The notes: generated by a model from the letters alone, not told the origin. A stretch of DNA of 64,000 nt from an uncultured Bacteroides sp. (GCA_964604175.1 CAZRYC010000002.1:5215-69214), one strand, 5' to 3'. Positions 1 to 10,614 are shown, counted from the first letter of the stretch. Program-made: numbers and translations.

Positions 1-2182
1 TTGCCCAGTTTATGCCCAGAATAACGCACAAATATTCTACGATTGTGACCTGACCATTAATGGCGACTACTCACTATACTCTTCACTGTATGTTACTGGC
101 AAACTGACAGTCACTGGTACTCTGCAGATGAGCGGAACTGGCGATGGTTGCGTACTGGCTGTTGGTAGCCTTTCCGCCGCTAATGTTTACGATTTGCAGC
201 TGTTCGACATCTATGTTAATGATGCCGAAGGCAATCTCGGAGCTGTTACTATCGCAGGCGAACTTAAAATGGACAATGCTGGCTATCCCACTATCAATGC
301 AGCAAGCCTGAGCGCAAGCTCTCTCACCACCAACAATAACACTCTGAATATCGCTGGCGCTGTGAAGTTCTCTGGCAATGTTGACACCAACAACACCACT
401 ATCAACGCTGCTACCCTTGAAATCGGCGGCAACTGGACTGACATAAACAATGGCACATTCACCATTGACGAGTATATCAAGGTGGCTGGTGACAACCAGA
501 TCAATGCACAGAGCGTGATTACCACTCCCTGCTACATCGTTAGCGGTGATATGGAGATTGTAAATGCTGCCACCTTGAATGTTTCAGATTACATCAAAGC
601 TGGCACACTGACCTGTGATGCAAGCGGCTGGAAAATCAATATGGGCAAGAGCGCTCTGATTGATGCAGGCGATTATCTCTTAATCAAAAACAAGGGATAT
701 GCAATCAATTTTGACAACAACGAAGCTTACCCAAGCTTGATTACAGCTGAAGAAATCCGTGTAATGGAAGGTCAGATTGGCTTTATTACTGGCTATGCTT
801 CTATTATGGGCGATATCTTCACTGGCAAGTACGAAGGCGAGACCTGGTGCGGCGAGGAAGTTGAAATGTCAACATTCCAAGAAAGCAACACCAACGTTAC
901 TGTAGGAACTGGTTATGTGATTTCTGATGGTACTGGTTGCAAGCCTGACTTCAATATCGAGCCTGGCGATCCTTATATCGAGGAAATAAGCAAGGTAGAG
1001 GATGACCACTCTCACGACACTTCTGCCACCTGCGTATTCCCCTATAATAATAAGGTATATGTGTCATGGCAAAAGCGCGGCACCGCTATCCACGGTTGCA
1101 TCGAGGCTCTCCAGATCAATGGCGAGACCACCGAAATCACCTCTTACATGGAGACTGAGGATGGCACCACCGAAGGCGGCAACAACTGGGATGGCAACTC
1201 ATCTGACAAGGTGGATGCCGATATGCAAGGAGAATACGATTTCAACCACCTGATTGCAGTCAACGAGAACGGCACCGATTACATCGTGACCGTAGGTGAC
1301 CACGCTAAGAAGGGCGGCTTCCTGGGTGCTCTGGCTGTAGGCGCTGATGGCGACTTCGGCAAGACCGGCACTAGGGAAGAGACAGATGGCAAGTTCGTAG
1401 CTCGCGGCCTCTTCCCCAACGAAGCTAAGGGCTATGCTCGCTCAGGCAACTGCGTAGTTTACAATGGCAGCAAGTACATGGTAGCATGCGCAGGCGGTTA
1501 TCAGGAATACACCGATCCTATCGCCGAACTGGGCAAGATCGAAACTTATGCTACAAGCGGCACCTCATACTTCGTGCACAAGCTGGGCGCAAGCCTGAAG
1601 ACTGCTGGTTCTGCCAAGCACTTGGCCCTCAACTCAGACAAGAGCCTGGTGGCTATGCTTGAATACACTGCAGATGCAGGAAAGGACGCTGCTCTTGGCG
1701 ACTACTGGTTCAACGACAATGTGACCAAGCTTCCCGCTAAGCTGAGTGTCAAGAAAGTTGACAACTGGTTGGATGAGGCTTCTGAGTGGTCAGTTGAGAT
1801 CCCCGAATACAGCCCTATCTACGGCAAGAATGTAATCCAATTCGACGGCGAGAATGTATATGTAAGCGAGGGTATCAATGGCATCGCCGTTTACAACAGA
1901 AGTGGCTTGATCGATCGCTTCAAGATCGCTGATTACGATGCTAAGCTCGCTGCCAAGTACAAGGATGCAGCCGTTAACGGCCTGTATGTTGACAGCCAGT
2001 ACATCTATGTTGCATACGGCGCATCTGGTCTGTGGATCCTCGACAAGGAGAATATGGAGCCGGTATGCCAGCCATGGAACAATGCCAGCGCATCTGCCAA
2101 CTATGTAGCAGTGCAGGGCGACAAGATCATCGTGGCCTACGGCAAAGCTGGTGTGAAGGTGTTCCAGCTGAAGAACAAGTAA
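1..2182 (+). CDS. Large surface protein, 5'-truncated by the window edge; beta-strand-rich N-region plus C-terminal LVIVD-like beta-propeller; paralog of 2420..5050
   Basis: Frame is open from base 2 through the track start at 128. Shares motifs with the next ORF (HxHxxSAT, YVSW, GCxE, YDFNH, VGDHxxKGGF, GSxKH, NGL, YxYVAxGxxGxW, ASANYV, IVAYGxxGV). Confidence 0.75.
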   Translation, partial: CPVYAQNNAQIFYDCDLTINGDYSLYSSLYVTGKLTVTGTLQMSGTGDGCVLAVGSLSAANVYDLQLFDIYVNDAEGNLGAVTIAGELKMDNAGYPTINAASLSASSLTTNNNTLNIAGAVKFSGNVDTNNTTINAATLEIGGNWTDINNGTFTIDEYIKVAGDNQINAQSVITTPCYIVSGDMEIVNAATLNVSDYIKAGTLTCDASGWKINMGKSALIDAGDYLLIKNKGYAINFDNNEAYPSLITAEEIRVMEGQIGFITGYASIMGDIFTGKYEGETWCGEEVEMSTFQESNTNVTVGTGYVISDGTGCKPDFNIEPGDPYIEEISKVEDDHSHDTSATCVFPYNNKVYVSWQKRGTAIHGCIEALQINGETTEITSYMETEDGTTEGGNNWDGNSSDKVDADMQGEYDFNHLIAVNENGTDYIVTVGDHAKKGGFLGALAVGADGDFGKTGTREETDGKFVARGLFPNEAKGYARSGNCVVYNGSKYMVACAGGYQEYTDPIAELGKIETYATSGTSYFVHKLGASLKTAGSAKHLALNSDKSLVAMLEYTADAGKDAALGDYWFNDNVTKLPAKLSVKKVDNWLDEASEWSVEIPEYSPIYGKNVIQFDGENVYVSEGINGIAVYNRSGLIDRFKIADYDAKLAAKYKDAAVNGLYVDSQYIYVAYGASGLWILDKENMEPVCQPWNNASASANYVAVQGDKIIVAYGKAGVKVFQLKNK

Positions 2183-2204
2183 AAATATTCCCCCATATTT
2201 AAGG

Positions 2205-2240
2205 AGCCCCGGAGCAGCGATGCCCCGGGGCTTTTTTTTT
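2205..2240 (+). terminator. Rho-independent terminator
   Basis: agccccgg...ccggggct hairpin followed by a T9 run, just after the stop at 2182. Confidence 0.85.
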
Positions 2241-2253
2241 CAGCCGGGCAGGA

Positions 2254-2280
2254 CAGGACTCACAGGACATGCAGGACCTG
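2254..2280. repeat. Degenerate 9-mer tandem array (CAGGACnnn x3)
   Basis: caggactca caggacatg caggacctg, shortly after the terminator. Confidence 0.55.
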
Positions 2281-2341
2281 ATTTTGGCAGATTTTCGACA
2301 TTTTATGGCGATTTTTTGACATTTCACATTATTCTATATTG

Positions 2342-2349
2342 TAATTTTG
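2342..2349 (+). promoter_or_regulatory. Bacteroidetes sigma-A -7 box (TAATTTTG)
   Basis: Matches TAnnTTTG about 70 bp upstream of ATG 2420. Confidence 0.6.
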
Positions 2350-2419
2350 CTATGCGTAAAAAGGAGCGATAGGCTCCCATGAAATCCTGAATCGATAATA
2401 TTTCATACATTTTACTTAT

Positions 2420-5050
2420 ATGACACGGAAATCCCTTTCCCTGAATGGCGCTTTCTCCGTCCTGGCAATCGCTACATTGTTAGGCACGGCTTTGTCGGGT
2501 TGCAGCGACGAAGTGAAAGCCCCCGCAGAAAACCCCACCGACCAGGAGGAAACCCTCACCGAGACAGCCTCCATGACCGTGGTGTCCGATCCCGCCACCC
2601 TTGGCAAGTATGTGCGCAACTACGCTACTCTCTACTCATCGCCCTATTCAGCCGGCCGCTCCCGCGCATTGAGCGCTACCTCAATGCCAGCCCTGAGCTC
2701 CTGGGATAAGGCAAAGGCAGCAGCCTCCACCGTGACCACCTACCAAACCTGGGACAACATCTCCAGCAATTTTGTGCTTGCGAGCGACCACAGCGGTGAG
2801 TTGAAAGTGTACCCCAACCAGATCATTTTCATCGAGGGCAATGTCAGCACCGACAACATCTGGGGCGAGGGCGCCGACAATGGCGCAAGCCTGGTAGTGC
2901 TCCCCGGAGCCACACTCACCATCGAGATCCAACCGCTACAGGTGAGCATCTACAATTACGGCACACTCAACCTCACCAGTGCCGACGGCATTGATGTGCA
3001 TGCTGGCAACCAACTGATGACCACTGGCGACTTGGGCACCGCCGAAAGCCCCATCCCCTATGTGCACAGCTGCCAAAGCGACACAAAGGCTGGCGATATC
3101 TATGTTGGCGGCACGCTCTATGTAGATGAGTGGGTGCCCGAATATGGCAACCATTATGCTGCCAATGTTGAGGCCAACACTGCCGGCATCGGCGGCGATG
3201 TGTATATCGCCAACAAATTCACTGCCACCAATTGCCAAGTGCGCACCACCGGGCGCCTCTACGCCAAGTGCGCCTACTTCGACGACTGGTTCAACGCCAC
3301 CAACGGCTCCATCTCAAAATTTGGCAACTACATGGTGGCCCGCGGCATCGACGAGCTCTTCAACAACGATGGCAACTGCCCGGCAGTGGCCCTATATATC
3401 GATGCTGATGCCGCTGTGGAGATCTGCGACGGCGGCGTGATCGAGAGCAAGAAAGGTGCTTACCTGGCCAATCTGGGCACCAGCGTGGTGCAAGGCCCGG
3501 AGACAGGCTCAGCTGTATTCAAAGTGGCTGGCAATATTCGCGCCGACGGCGGGGTGAACGATTACACAAAAACCTTCCGCAACCACTTGGCTATCTTTGC
3601 CGACAGCTTCACTGACGGAGGATCGGATACAGAGGTGTGCTTTGCCAACACAGTCAACGTGCTCTTCAACCCCGGGGCTTGCGACTTTACCCAGGCCGCA
3701 GGCGAGTGCAGCCCGGCCATCAACATGCCCGACTGCGAAGACCCATGCCCGGATCCCGAAGATCCTTCTGATCCCGACCCGGATCCCGATCCGGACCCAG
3801 AGGTGCCTGAGGACGAGCCATTCCCAAGCCTGCCGACCTTGGCAGACATCGACGCTTGCCACACTCACCCCATCTCAGCTACCAGCGTGGCTATCGATGG
3901 CAACAACGCCTATGTGAGCTGGCACCTGCGCGGAGGCAACATCTGGGGCTGCCTGGAGAAATTCACCATCGCCAACGATGAGGTCACTCTCAACAGTTGG
4001 CTCGAAACCCCGGCTTACCTCGGCTACACTGACACCACCGAGGGCGCAGCCAAGGGTGTATCAGGAGCTGAGATTACCAATATCACAAATCATGGCACCG
4101 ATGCTGCCAATGCCTACGATTTCAACCATTGCATCGTAAGCAACGGATACCTGATCACTGTGGGAGACCACAAGGACAAGGGCGGCTTCGTGGGACGCGT
4201 GCTCCTGACCGACATCGCCGCCAATGCCAACGGCACTGACATACTGCAAGTGCGCGGCTTGGGCAAGGGGGATGACAATATCGCCGGAGGCAGCGGCAAC
4301 TGCGTGGTGCGCAAGGGCGACGAGCTCTTCATCACCAGCGCCGGAGGCTATCTGACGATGGACTATGCCACAAATGGCCTCAACTTCAATGTTGTGGCCA
4401 CCAAGAAGCAGACCTACAGCCCCTGGATCGACGCCATGGCTTCTGCCGGATCGGTTAAGCACATAGCCCTGAGCCCCGATGGCACCAAGGCTGTCACCAT
4501 AGAATATACGGCTCCCTATCTCACTGGCGAATGGTGGAATGATGACACCTCGACCCTGTCGGCAGCCATCAAGGTGTGGGATGTGACCAACGGCTGGGAT
4601 TATGAGAAGCCTACACAGACCATCGCTGTGGATGCTTTCGGCCCGGTATTCGGCAAGGATGTGATCGCCATCGAGAATGACGGCACCATCTACAGCTGCC
4701 AGGGCTGGAACGGAGTGGCTGTGTATCGCGGCGGCAGCGAGGTGGCACGCATCGACATACCCGCCTGGCTTGACGCCAACGCAGCTGACAAGGGCATCAA
4801 GATTAACGCTAACAAGTATCGCGGCTCAGCAGCCAACGGCCTGTGCATAGATGACAATTATGTATATGTGGCCAACGGCGGCGCCGGAGTGTGGGTGCTG
4901 GCCAAGGGCGATCTGGCCCCGCAAAGCTATTACCACAATTCGCTTGACGAGCAAAGCGGCGCCTCGGCCAACTATGTGGCCAAGATGGGCACCGACTACC
5001 TGATTGTGGCCTATGGCCGCTCAGGAGTGCGAGTGCTGAAACTCAATTAG
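2420..5050 (+). CDS. Surface lipoprotein: beta-rich N-domain, Pro/Asp linker, C-terminal LVIVD-like beta-propeller
   Basis: Lipobox LSGC; DPDPDPDPDPE linker; C-terminal motifs shared with the upstream paralog. Confidence 0.75.
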   Translation: MTRKSLSLNGAFSVLAIATLLGTALSGCSDEVKAPAENPTDQEETLTETASMTVVSDPATLGKYVRNYATLYSSPYSAGRSRALSATSMPALSSWDKAKAAASTVTTYQTWDNISSNFVLASDHSGELKVYPNQIIFIEGNVSTDNIWGEGADNGASLVVLPGATLTIEIQPLQVSIYNYGTLNLTSADGIDVHAGNQLMTTGDLGTAESPIPYVHSCQSDTKAGDIYVGGTLYVDEWVPEYGNHYAANVEANTAGIGGDVYIANKFTATNCQVRTTGRLYAKCAYFDDWFNATNGSISKFGNYMVARGIDELFNNDGNCPAVALYIDADAAVEICDGGVIESKKGAYLANLGTSVVQGPETGSAVFKVAGNIRADGGVNDYTKTFRNHLAIFADSFTDGGSDTEVCFANTVNVLFNPGACDFTQAAGECSPAINMPDCEDPCPDPEDPSDPDPDPDPDPEVPEDEPFPSLPTLADIDACHTHPISATSVAIDGNNAYVSWHLRGGNIWGCLEKFTIANDEVTLNSWLETPAYLGYTDTTEGAAKGVSGAEITNITNHGTDAANAYDFNHCIVSNGYLITVGDHKDKGGFVGRVLLTDIAANANGTDILQVRGLGKGDDNIAGGSGNCVVRKGDELFITSAGGYLTMDYATNGLNFNVVATKKQTYSPWIDAMASAGSVKHIALSPDGTKAVTIEYTAPYLTGEWWNDDTSTLSAAIKVWDVTNGWDYEKPTQTIAVDAFGPVFGKDVIAIENDGTIYSCQGWNGVAVYRGGSEVARIDIPAWLDANAADKGIKINANKYRGSAANGLCIDDNYVYVANGGAGVWVLAKGDLAPQSYYHNSLDEQSGASANYVAKMGTDYLIVAYGRSGVRVLKLN

Positions 5051-5086
5051 CGACCAGGACAAGCCTAAATTTTTGTAATCAAAATA

Positions 5087-5116
5087 AAATCTTTGCTAAA
5101 TAGCAAAGATTTTTTT
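5087..5116 (+). terminator. Hairpin/terminator after the lipoprotein gene
   Basis: aaaatctttgcta-aa-tagcaaagatttt inverted repeat plus T-run. Confidence 0.7.
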
Positions 5117-5137
5117 GTTTTTTGAAGAAGATTGACT

Positions 5138-5145
5138 TAATTTTG
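5138..5145 (+). promoter_or_regulatory. -7 box (TAATTTTG) of the first susC
   Basis: TAnnTTTG consensus, with a TTTG element upstream. Confidence 0.6.
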
Positions 5146-5211
5146 CCTACGAAATGTTTTTTAACCAAAATCAACAGATTTAAACTTAAAAACAACTAAT
5201 ACCAAGTCATC

Positions 5212-5253
5212 AACAAACCAAAGTCACTCAAAAACAAACCAAAATCACTCAAA
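5212..5253 (+). repeat. 21-bp direct repeat x2 in the susC leader
   Basis: aacaaaccaaagtcactcaaa / aacaaaccaaaatcactcaaa (1 mismatch). Confidence 0.8.
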
Positions 5254-5280
5254 TACACCTAAATTAACCAACTAATTAAC

Positions 5281-8200
5281 ATGAGAAAACAGCTTTTAGT
5301 GGCTATCGCACTCATGGGAATGACCGCAGCCGGCTCGCTCAATGCCTACGCTGACGAGATACCCCAGCAGCAAAGCCAAGATCAAGTCACCATCACTGGC
5401 AGCGTTCTCGATGAGAACAACGACCCGGTCATTGGTGCCAATGTCTCCCTCAGAGGCAACAAGAAAGTCGCTGTCAACACCGACTTTGACGGCAATTTCA
5501 AGATTCAAGTGCCGAAAGGCTCTATGCTTGAAATCAACTACATCGGGTACAAGAGCGAATCAGCCGCCGCCAAGGAGGGCATGATTGTGTACCTGCAGCC
5601 CACCACTGAGCAGCTTGACCAACTGGTAGTAGTAGGTTACGGCACTCAGAAGAAAGCTAACCTCACCGGGGCTGTGGCCACTGTGGATGTGGCTCGCGTA
5701 ATGGACAGCCGTCCGGTGCAAGATGTCACCAAGGCCCTGCAGGGTACTGTACCCGGCCTGACCATCACCAACACCAATGGCGGCATAGACTCTGAGGCCA
5801 GCATCAACATCCGCGGCATCGGTACCATGTCGAATGGTCAGACCTCCAACCCTCTGATCGTAGTAGATGGCGTGCCTACCAACGACCTTACTTTTGTTAA
5901 CCCTGAGGACATCCAGGAGATTTCAGTGCTCAAGGATGCCGCCTCATCATCAATCTACGGTAGCCGCGCTGCCTTCGGTGTGATCTTGATCACCACCAAG
6001 AGCGCCAACCGCAAAGACAAGGTGTCGCTGACCTATACCAACAACTTCGCTTGGAGCAAGGCCACGGTGCTGCCCGACTTCGCCAAGTCATCCGACCAGA
6101 TTGACGCAGCCCTACAGTCATACGCCCGCACCGGCACAGGCGCATCAGCATTCTGCGGCGCAGCCTACTCTGACCTGCTGCCCTATGTGCAAGCTTGGGA
6201 AAAGCAGCATAATGGCCGCTACACCGACTATCGCGAGCTGCAGCCCTTCCAGAGCTGGGACAATGTGGGCGACTACATCGTGATGGACGATGGCACCTGG
6301 CTCCACTATGCCGACTGGGATATACAGGAGCTGATGTTCAACAACGCAGCCCCCTCACAGAAGCACAACCTCGGCATCGAGGGCACAAGCGGCAAGACAA
6401 AGTACCGCATCTCTCTGGGCTATGACTCCAAGCAGGGCCTGATGAACTTCAACCCCGACAAGATGAAGCGCTACATGGCCAATGCCACCGTATCCACCGA
6501 GATCTTCCCCTGGTTGAAAGCCGGCGCAAGAATGAGCTTCTCTCAGCGCGAATACACATATCCTTATCCCTCGCGTAACGCTTACCAGTACATGTGGCGT
6601 TGGCAGCCCTACAATGAAATGTACGGCTATCTGGTAGATGAGGAGACCGGCGAGGTGCTGCCCACCCGCAGCGAAATCATGAACCGCACCCAGGGTGTGG
6701 AAAGCAAGCGCACATCGCGCCAAACCAGAATGCAAGGTTGGTTGGATGTGAACCCCATCAAGGGTCTGAATATCCACGCTGACTTCACTTACGATATCCG
6801 CCAGAGCCGCGCCAACTCGGCTTGGGGCCTGTATCGCGCTTGGAACACTTGGAGCAACAAGTGGGGCGAGGTGTACCAATCGCCTACTGCAGGACAGCCA
6901 AGCACCGATGCCGACAAGAGCGCAGCAGACCGCAATCTGTGGACAGCCAACCTCTATGCCACCTACGACATCACATTCAAGGATGCTCACAACCTGAAGG
7001 TGATGTTAGGTACCAACTCCGAGAAGGAGCGCTACGACTACTTCTTCTTCGAGAACAATGGCTTGGTTGACTACTCGCTGCCAGTGCTGGGCCTGACCGA
7101 TGGCGGCAAGGACGGCACACAGAACACTTTCTCCTCTTCCGACACACACCGCGCCACAGCCGGCTTCTTCGGCCGTATCAACTACGACTACAAGGGCATC
7201 TATCTGCTCGAGCTCAATGGCCGCTATGATGGTTCGAGCCGCTTCCCGGCCAACGACCAATGGGCATTCTTCCCCTCAGTATCAGCTGGCTACCGCTTCA
7301 CCGAAGAGCCTTACTTCAAGAAGCTGCGCATCGAGAACATAGTATCCAACGGTAAGATCCGCGCCTCTTACGGCGAAATCGGCAACGAGGCCATCGGTAA
7401 CAATATGTTCCTCTCTACCATCAGCAAGCCCACCACCAGCACCACATATTCATTTATGGGCGCTTCTGGTACTCTGATCAACTATGCCGGCACTCCCACC
7501 CTGGTGTCAAGCTCTCTGACCTGGGAGCGCATCTGCACCACCGATATCGGTATCGACCTGGGCTTCCTCAACAATTCACTGAACCTGACATTCGACTGGT
7601 TCAACCGCCTGACCCGCGACATGCTCGCTCCCGGAGCTGAGCTTCCCTCAGTGCTTGGCACAAGCGCACCTTATGAGAACACTGGCCGCCTGCGCACCAA
7701 CGGTTGGGAACTCTCTCTGAGCTGGAACCACTCATTCGGCGATGCCGATGTGTATGCTACATTCAGCATCGGCGATGCTCGCACCAAGATCACCAAGTGG
7801 GAGAACAAGGGCGACGACGCTATCCTCTACACTTACCGTGCCGGCTCCAACACCAACCGCTACTATGAGGGTCAGACCTTCGGCGATGTATGGGGCTTGG
7901 AATTCGACCGCTTCTTCACCGAGGACGACTTCGTAGGCAAGGATGCCAACGGCAACTGGATCCTCAAGGACGGCATTCCAGATCAGAGCTCACTGGAGTA
8001 TGGATCATTCCACTTCGGCCCTGGCGATGTCAAGTACAAGGACCTTGATGGCGACGGCGTGATTTCAGTAGGCAGCGCCACCAAGAGCGACCACGGCGAT
8101 GCCAAGGTTATCGGCAACGCACTCCCCCGCTACGAATATTCATTCCGCTTAGGCGGCAGCTGGAAGGGCTTCGACCTCGACCTCTTCTTCCAAGGCGTGG

Positions 8201-8721
8201 GCAAGCGCAAATATTACTCAATCAACCAGTATGTGATTCCTCTGGCACAGTCAGCAGATGCTCTCTACAGCAACCAAGTGGGCAACTACAACCGCTACAT
8301 CCTCGACGATGCCGGCCAGATCGTAGGCTACGACATCGACCAAAACAACTTCTATCCTGGCATGTATGTGGGCTGCTTCGGCTACAACAGCCGCTACCGC
8401 AACCTGCTTGAGCAAGGCACCAACAACTTCACAGTCTGCGACCGCTATCTGACCAACATGGCCTACCTGCGCCTGAAGACTCTGACCGTGGGCTACACCT
8501 TGCCAGCCAACATCACAATGAAGGCCCTTATCCAACGCGCACGCGTGTACTTCTCAGCTGAGAACCCATTCTTCATCTACAATGGAGCAAGCAAGTACAA
8601 TATGGATCCTGAGCTCTTCACTGGTGAGAGCGGACAATACAGCTCAGCCGGCGTGGCTTCTTTCGGCCGCACCAGCCCTATGATGAAGTCATATTCATTT
8701 GGTATCCAAGTTACTTTCTAA
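5281..8721 (+). CDS. susC: SusC/RagA family TonB-dependent outer-membrane transporter
   Basis: N-terminal CarboxypepD-like domain, VVVGYGTQKK, plug motif ISVLKDAASSSIYGSRAAFGVILITTK, RYDGSSRF, terminal Phe. Confidence 0.97.
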   Translation: MRKQLLVAIALMGMTAAGSLNAYADEIPQQQSQDQVTITGSVLDENNDPVIGANVSLRGNKKVAVNTDFDGNFKIQVPKGSMLEINYIGYKSESAAAKEGMIVYLQPTTEQLDQLVVVGYGTQKKANLTGAVATVDVARVMDSRPVQDVTKALQGTVPGLTITNTNGGIDSEASINIRGIGTMSNGQTSNPLIVVDGVPTNDLTFVNPEDIQEISVLKDAASSSIYGSRAAFGVILITTKSANRKDKVSLTYTNNFAWSKATVLPDFAKSSDQIDAALQSYARTGTGASAFCGAAYSDLLPYVQAWEKQHNGRYTDYRELQPFQSWDNVGDYIVMDDGTWLHYADWDIQELMFNNAAPSQKHNLGIEGTSGKTKYRISLGYDSKQGLMNFNPDKMKRYMANATVSTEIFPWLKAGARMSFSQREYTYPYPSRNAYQYMWRWQPYNEMYGYLVDEETGEVLPTRSEIMNRTQGVESKRTSRQTRMQGWLDVNPIKGLNIHADFTYDIRQSRANSAWGLYRAWNTWSNKWGEVYQSPTAGQPSTDADKSAADRNLWTANLYATYDITFKDAHNLKVMLGTNSEKERYDYFFFENNGLVDYSLPVLGLTDGGKDGTQNTFSSSDTHRATAGFFGRINYDYKGIYLLELNGRYDGSSRFPANDQWAFFPSVSAGYRFTEEPYFKKLRIENIVSNGKIRASYGEIGNEAIGNNMFLSTISKPTTSTTYSFMGASGTLINYAGTPTLVSSSLTWERICTTDIGIDLGFLNNSLNLTFDWFNRLTRDMLAPGAELPSVLGTSAPYENTGRLRTNGWELSLSWNHSFGDADVYATFSIGDARTKITKWENKGDDAILYTYRAGSNTNRYYEGQTFGDVWGLEFDRFFTEDDFVGKDANGNWILKDGIPDQSSLEYGSFHFGPGDVKYKDLDGDGVISVGSATKSDHGDAKVIGNALPRYEYSFRLGGSWKGFDLDLFFQGVGKRKYYSINQYVIPLAQSADALYSNQVGNYNRYILDDAGQIVGYDIDQNNFYPGMYVGCFGYNSRYRNLLEQGTNNFTVCDRYLTNMAYLRLKTLTVGYTLPANITMKALIQRARVYFSAENPFFIYNGASKYNMDPELFTGESGQYSSAGVASFGRTSPMMKSYSFGIQVTF

Positions 8722-8782
8722 CCTAAAAGAATTGGATTACACCCATATTGATGATTCTGTAATAGATAAATAAAAATATAAT

Positions 8783-10561
8783 ATGAAACACAAATATATA
8801 TATGGGCTGATGGCTATGGCTGCTCTGTCGCTTTCAAGCTGCAATCACTTGCTTGAGGACAACCGCTACCCTCTGGACCAGCAGACCAATACTCCAGAAT
8901 ACTGGAACACATCAGCCAATGTAGAGCTGCAGATCAACTTCCTCTACTACTATTACCTGGGCTACGGCAACACCACCTCCTGGGTCAACAACTTCTACTA
9001 TCGCTCCTTGGGCGATGACCAGTGCACCCACATGTACTCTGGCGACGGCGTGCAGTTCGCCCGCTGGGAGTATCAGCAAGTGCCTACCAACGCCTCAGAG
9101 TGGGATGACGGCTACACCGCAATCCGCCGCATCAACAACATTATCCAAGGGGTGAGCAACAGCACCCTGGCCGAAGGCGAGAAGAACAGCTACCTGGGCA
9201 TCGCACGCATGAACCGCGCTTACCAGTACTATCAGCTTGTGCGCTGCTTCGGCGATGTGCCTCTGGTGCAAGAGGTGCTCGACCCCAATGATACAGAGGC
9301 TCTCTACGGACCTCGCGTGTCGCGCAACACCGTGATGGATGCCGCCTATGAGGATGTGCAATTCGCTGTGGACAATATCCTCACACAGTCGAGCGTGATG
9401 GAGTTCAGCGCCGACATGGCCAATGCCATGAAGGCTGAGATCTGCCTGTTCGAGGCCGCTTATTCGCGCTATGCTCTCAAGGACGACACCCGCGCCACCA
9501 CATATTACAACCGTGTGGTGGAGGCTTGCCAGGCTATCATGAGCAAGAGCTATCGCCTCTGCGATAACTATCAGAGCCTCTACAACTCAGTATTCACCGC
9601 CAACGCTGCCGATGGCCTCGAGAGCCTAACAGCCAACCCCGAGGTAATCTTCATGAAGGCTTATGAGACTGGCGTAAAGGGCCACTCTTTGCTTGCTTAC
9701 CTTAGCGCCGGCACTATGATCAATGGTATCACCAAGGACGCTTTCGATGCTTTCCTCTTCAAGGATGGCAAGCCCTTAGCCCTGACCACCGAGGACACCT
9801 CCGATGCCGCTAAGCTGATAATCGAGGGCACTGACAGTATCGTGTCAATCCAGCACCTGCTGGATGTGCGCGACGATCGCTTGTCGATGACCGTGGATCC
9901 CTTCTTGGCTTGGACCGGACACAAGGCTGCTCGCTCCAACTCCGACTTCCTGAGCTCTTCCACCGGCTATCTGATCAAGAAGTATGTCAATCCCAACCTC
10001 CCAAGCCTGATTTGCGTGACCGACGGCCAGAGCAACACTTGCGCTCCTCTGTACTGGCTGGCTGAGATCTACTTAGCCTATGCCGAGGCAAAGGCTGAGC
10101 TTGGCACTATCACCGATAGCGACCTGGATGCTACTATCAACAAGCTGTACACCCGCGCCGGGCTGCCCACCCAGACAGTGGCATCGCTTTCGAGCATGAA
10201 CGACCCGGCCAACAACATGAATGTATCGAGCCTGCTGTGGGAGATCCGCCGCTGCCGCCGCTGCGAGCTGATGATGGACAACTACCACCGCTACTGGGAT
10301 CTGATCCGCTGGCACCAGCTCGACAAGCTGGATAGCAACAACTATCCCAACATCGCCCTGGGGGCCAACCTGAGCGATATCCCCTCAGAGCTGACAAAGG
10401 AAATCACTCTGGTTAACGGCTATGTGGATGGAGCCTCTACGGGCAGCACCCGCCAGACCCGCACATTCACTGAGCGCGAGTATTTCTACCCCATCGGCAA
10501 GAACCAGATTGACCTCTACACCCAGAAGGGCTACACCCTGAGCCAGAACCCTGGCTGGTAA
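8783..10561 (+). CDS. susD: SusD/RagB family lipoprotein
   Basis: Lipobox LSSC, FGDVP, LAEIYLAYAEA, EIRRCRRCELMM...RYWDLIRW, QNPGW end; follows susC. Confidence 0.95.
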   Translation: MKHKYIYGLMAMAALSLSSCNHLLEDNRYPLDQQTNTPEYWNTSANVELQINFLYYYYLGYGNTTSWVNNFYYRSLGDDQCTHMYSGDGVQFARWEYQQVPTNASEWDDGYTAIRRINNIIQGVSNSTLAEGEKNSYLGIARMNRAYQYYQLVRCFGDVPLVQEVLDPNDTEALYGPRVSRNTVMDAAYEDVQFAVDNILTQSSVMEFSADMANAMKAEICLFEAAYSRYALKDDTRATTYYNRVVEACQAIMSKSYRLCDNYQSLYNSVFTANAADGLESLTANPEVIFMKAYETGVKGHSLLAYLSAGTMINGITKDAFDAFLFKDGKPLALTTEDTSDAAKLIIEGTDSIVSIQHLLDVRDDRLSMTVDPFLAWTGHKAARSNSDFLSSSTGYLIKKYVNPNLPSLICVTDGQSNTCAPLYWLAEIYLAYAEAKAELGTITDSDLDATINKLYTRAGLPTQTVASLSSMNDPANNMNVSSLLWEIRRCRRCELMMDNYHRYWDLIRWHQLDKLDSNNYPNIALGANLSDIPSELTKEITLVNGYVDGASTGSTRQTRTFTEREYFYPIGKNQIDLYTQKGYTLSQNPGW

Positions 10562-10578
10562 TTTTAACCACCAATCAT

Positions 10579-10614
10579 AAGAAAAGCCATCCCCGCTTAG
10601 GGATGGCTTTTCTT
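10579..10614 (+). terminator. Rho-independent terminator
   Basis: 15-bp stem aagaaaagccatccc / gggatggcttttctt. Confidence 0.85.

Noticed and set aside
3730-3830. GATCCC/GACCCG repeats (also about 50350-50420 in btuG) as DNA elements
   Set aside because: They encode ordinary Pro-Asp/Pro-Glu lipoprotein linkers.
1-5050. Paralogous C-termini as a DGR template/variable repeat pair
   Set aside because: Similarity is at protein level with synonymous divergence, not adenine-specific, and no reverse transcriptase is present.
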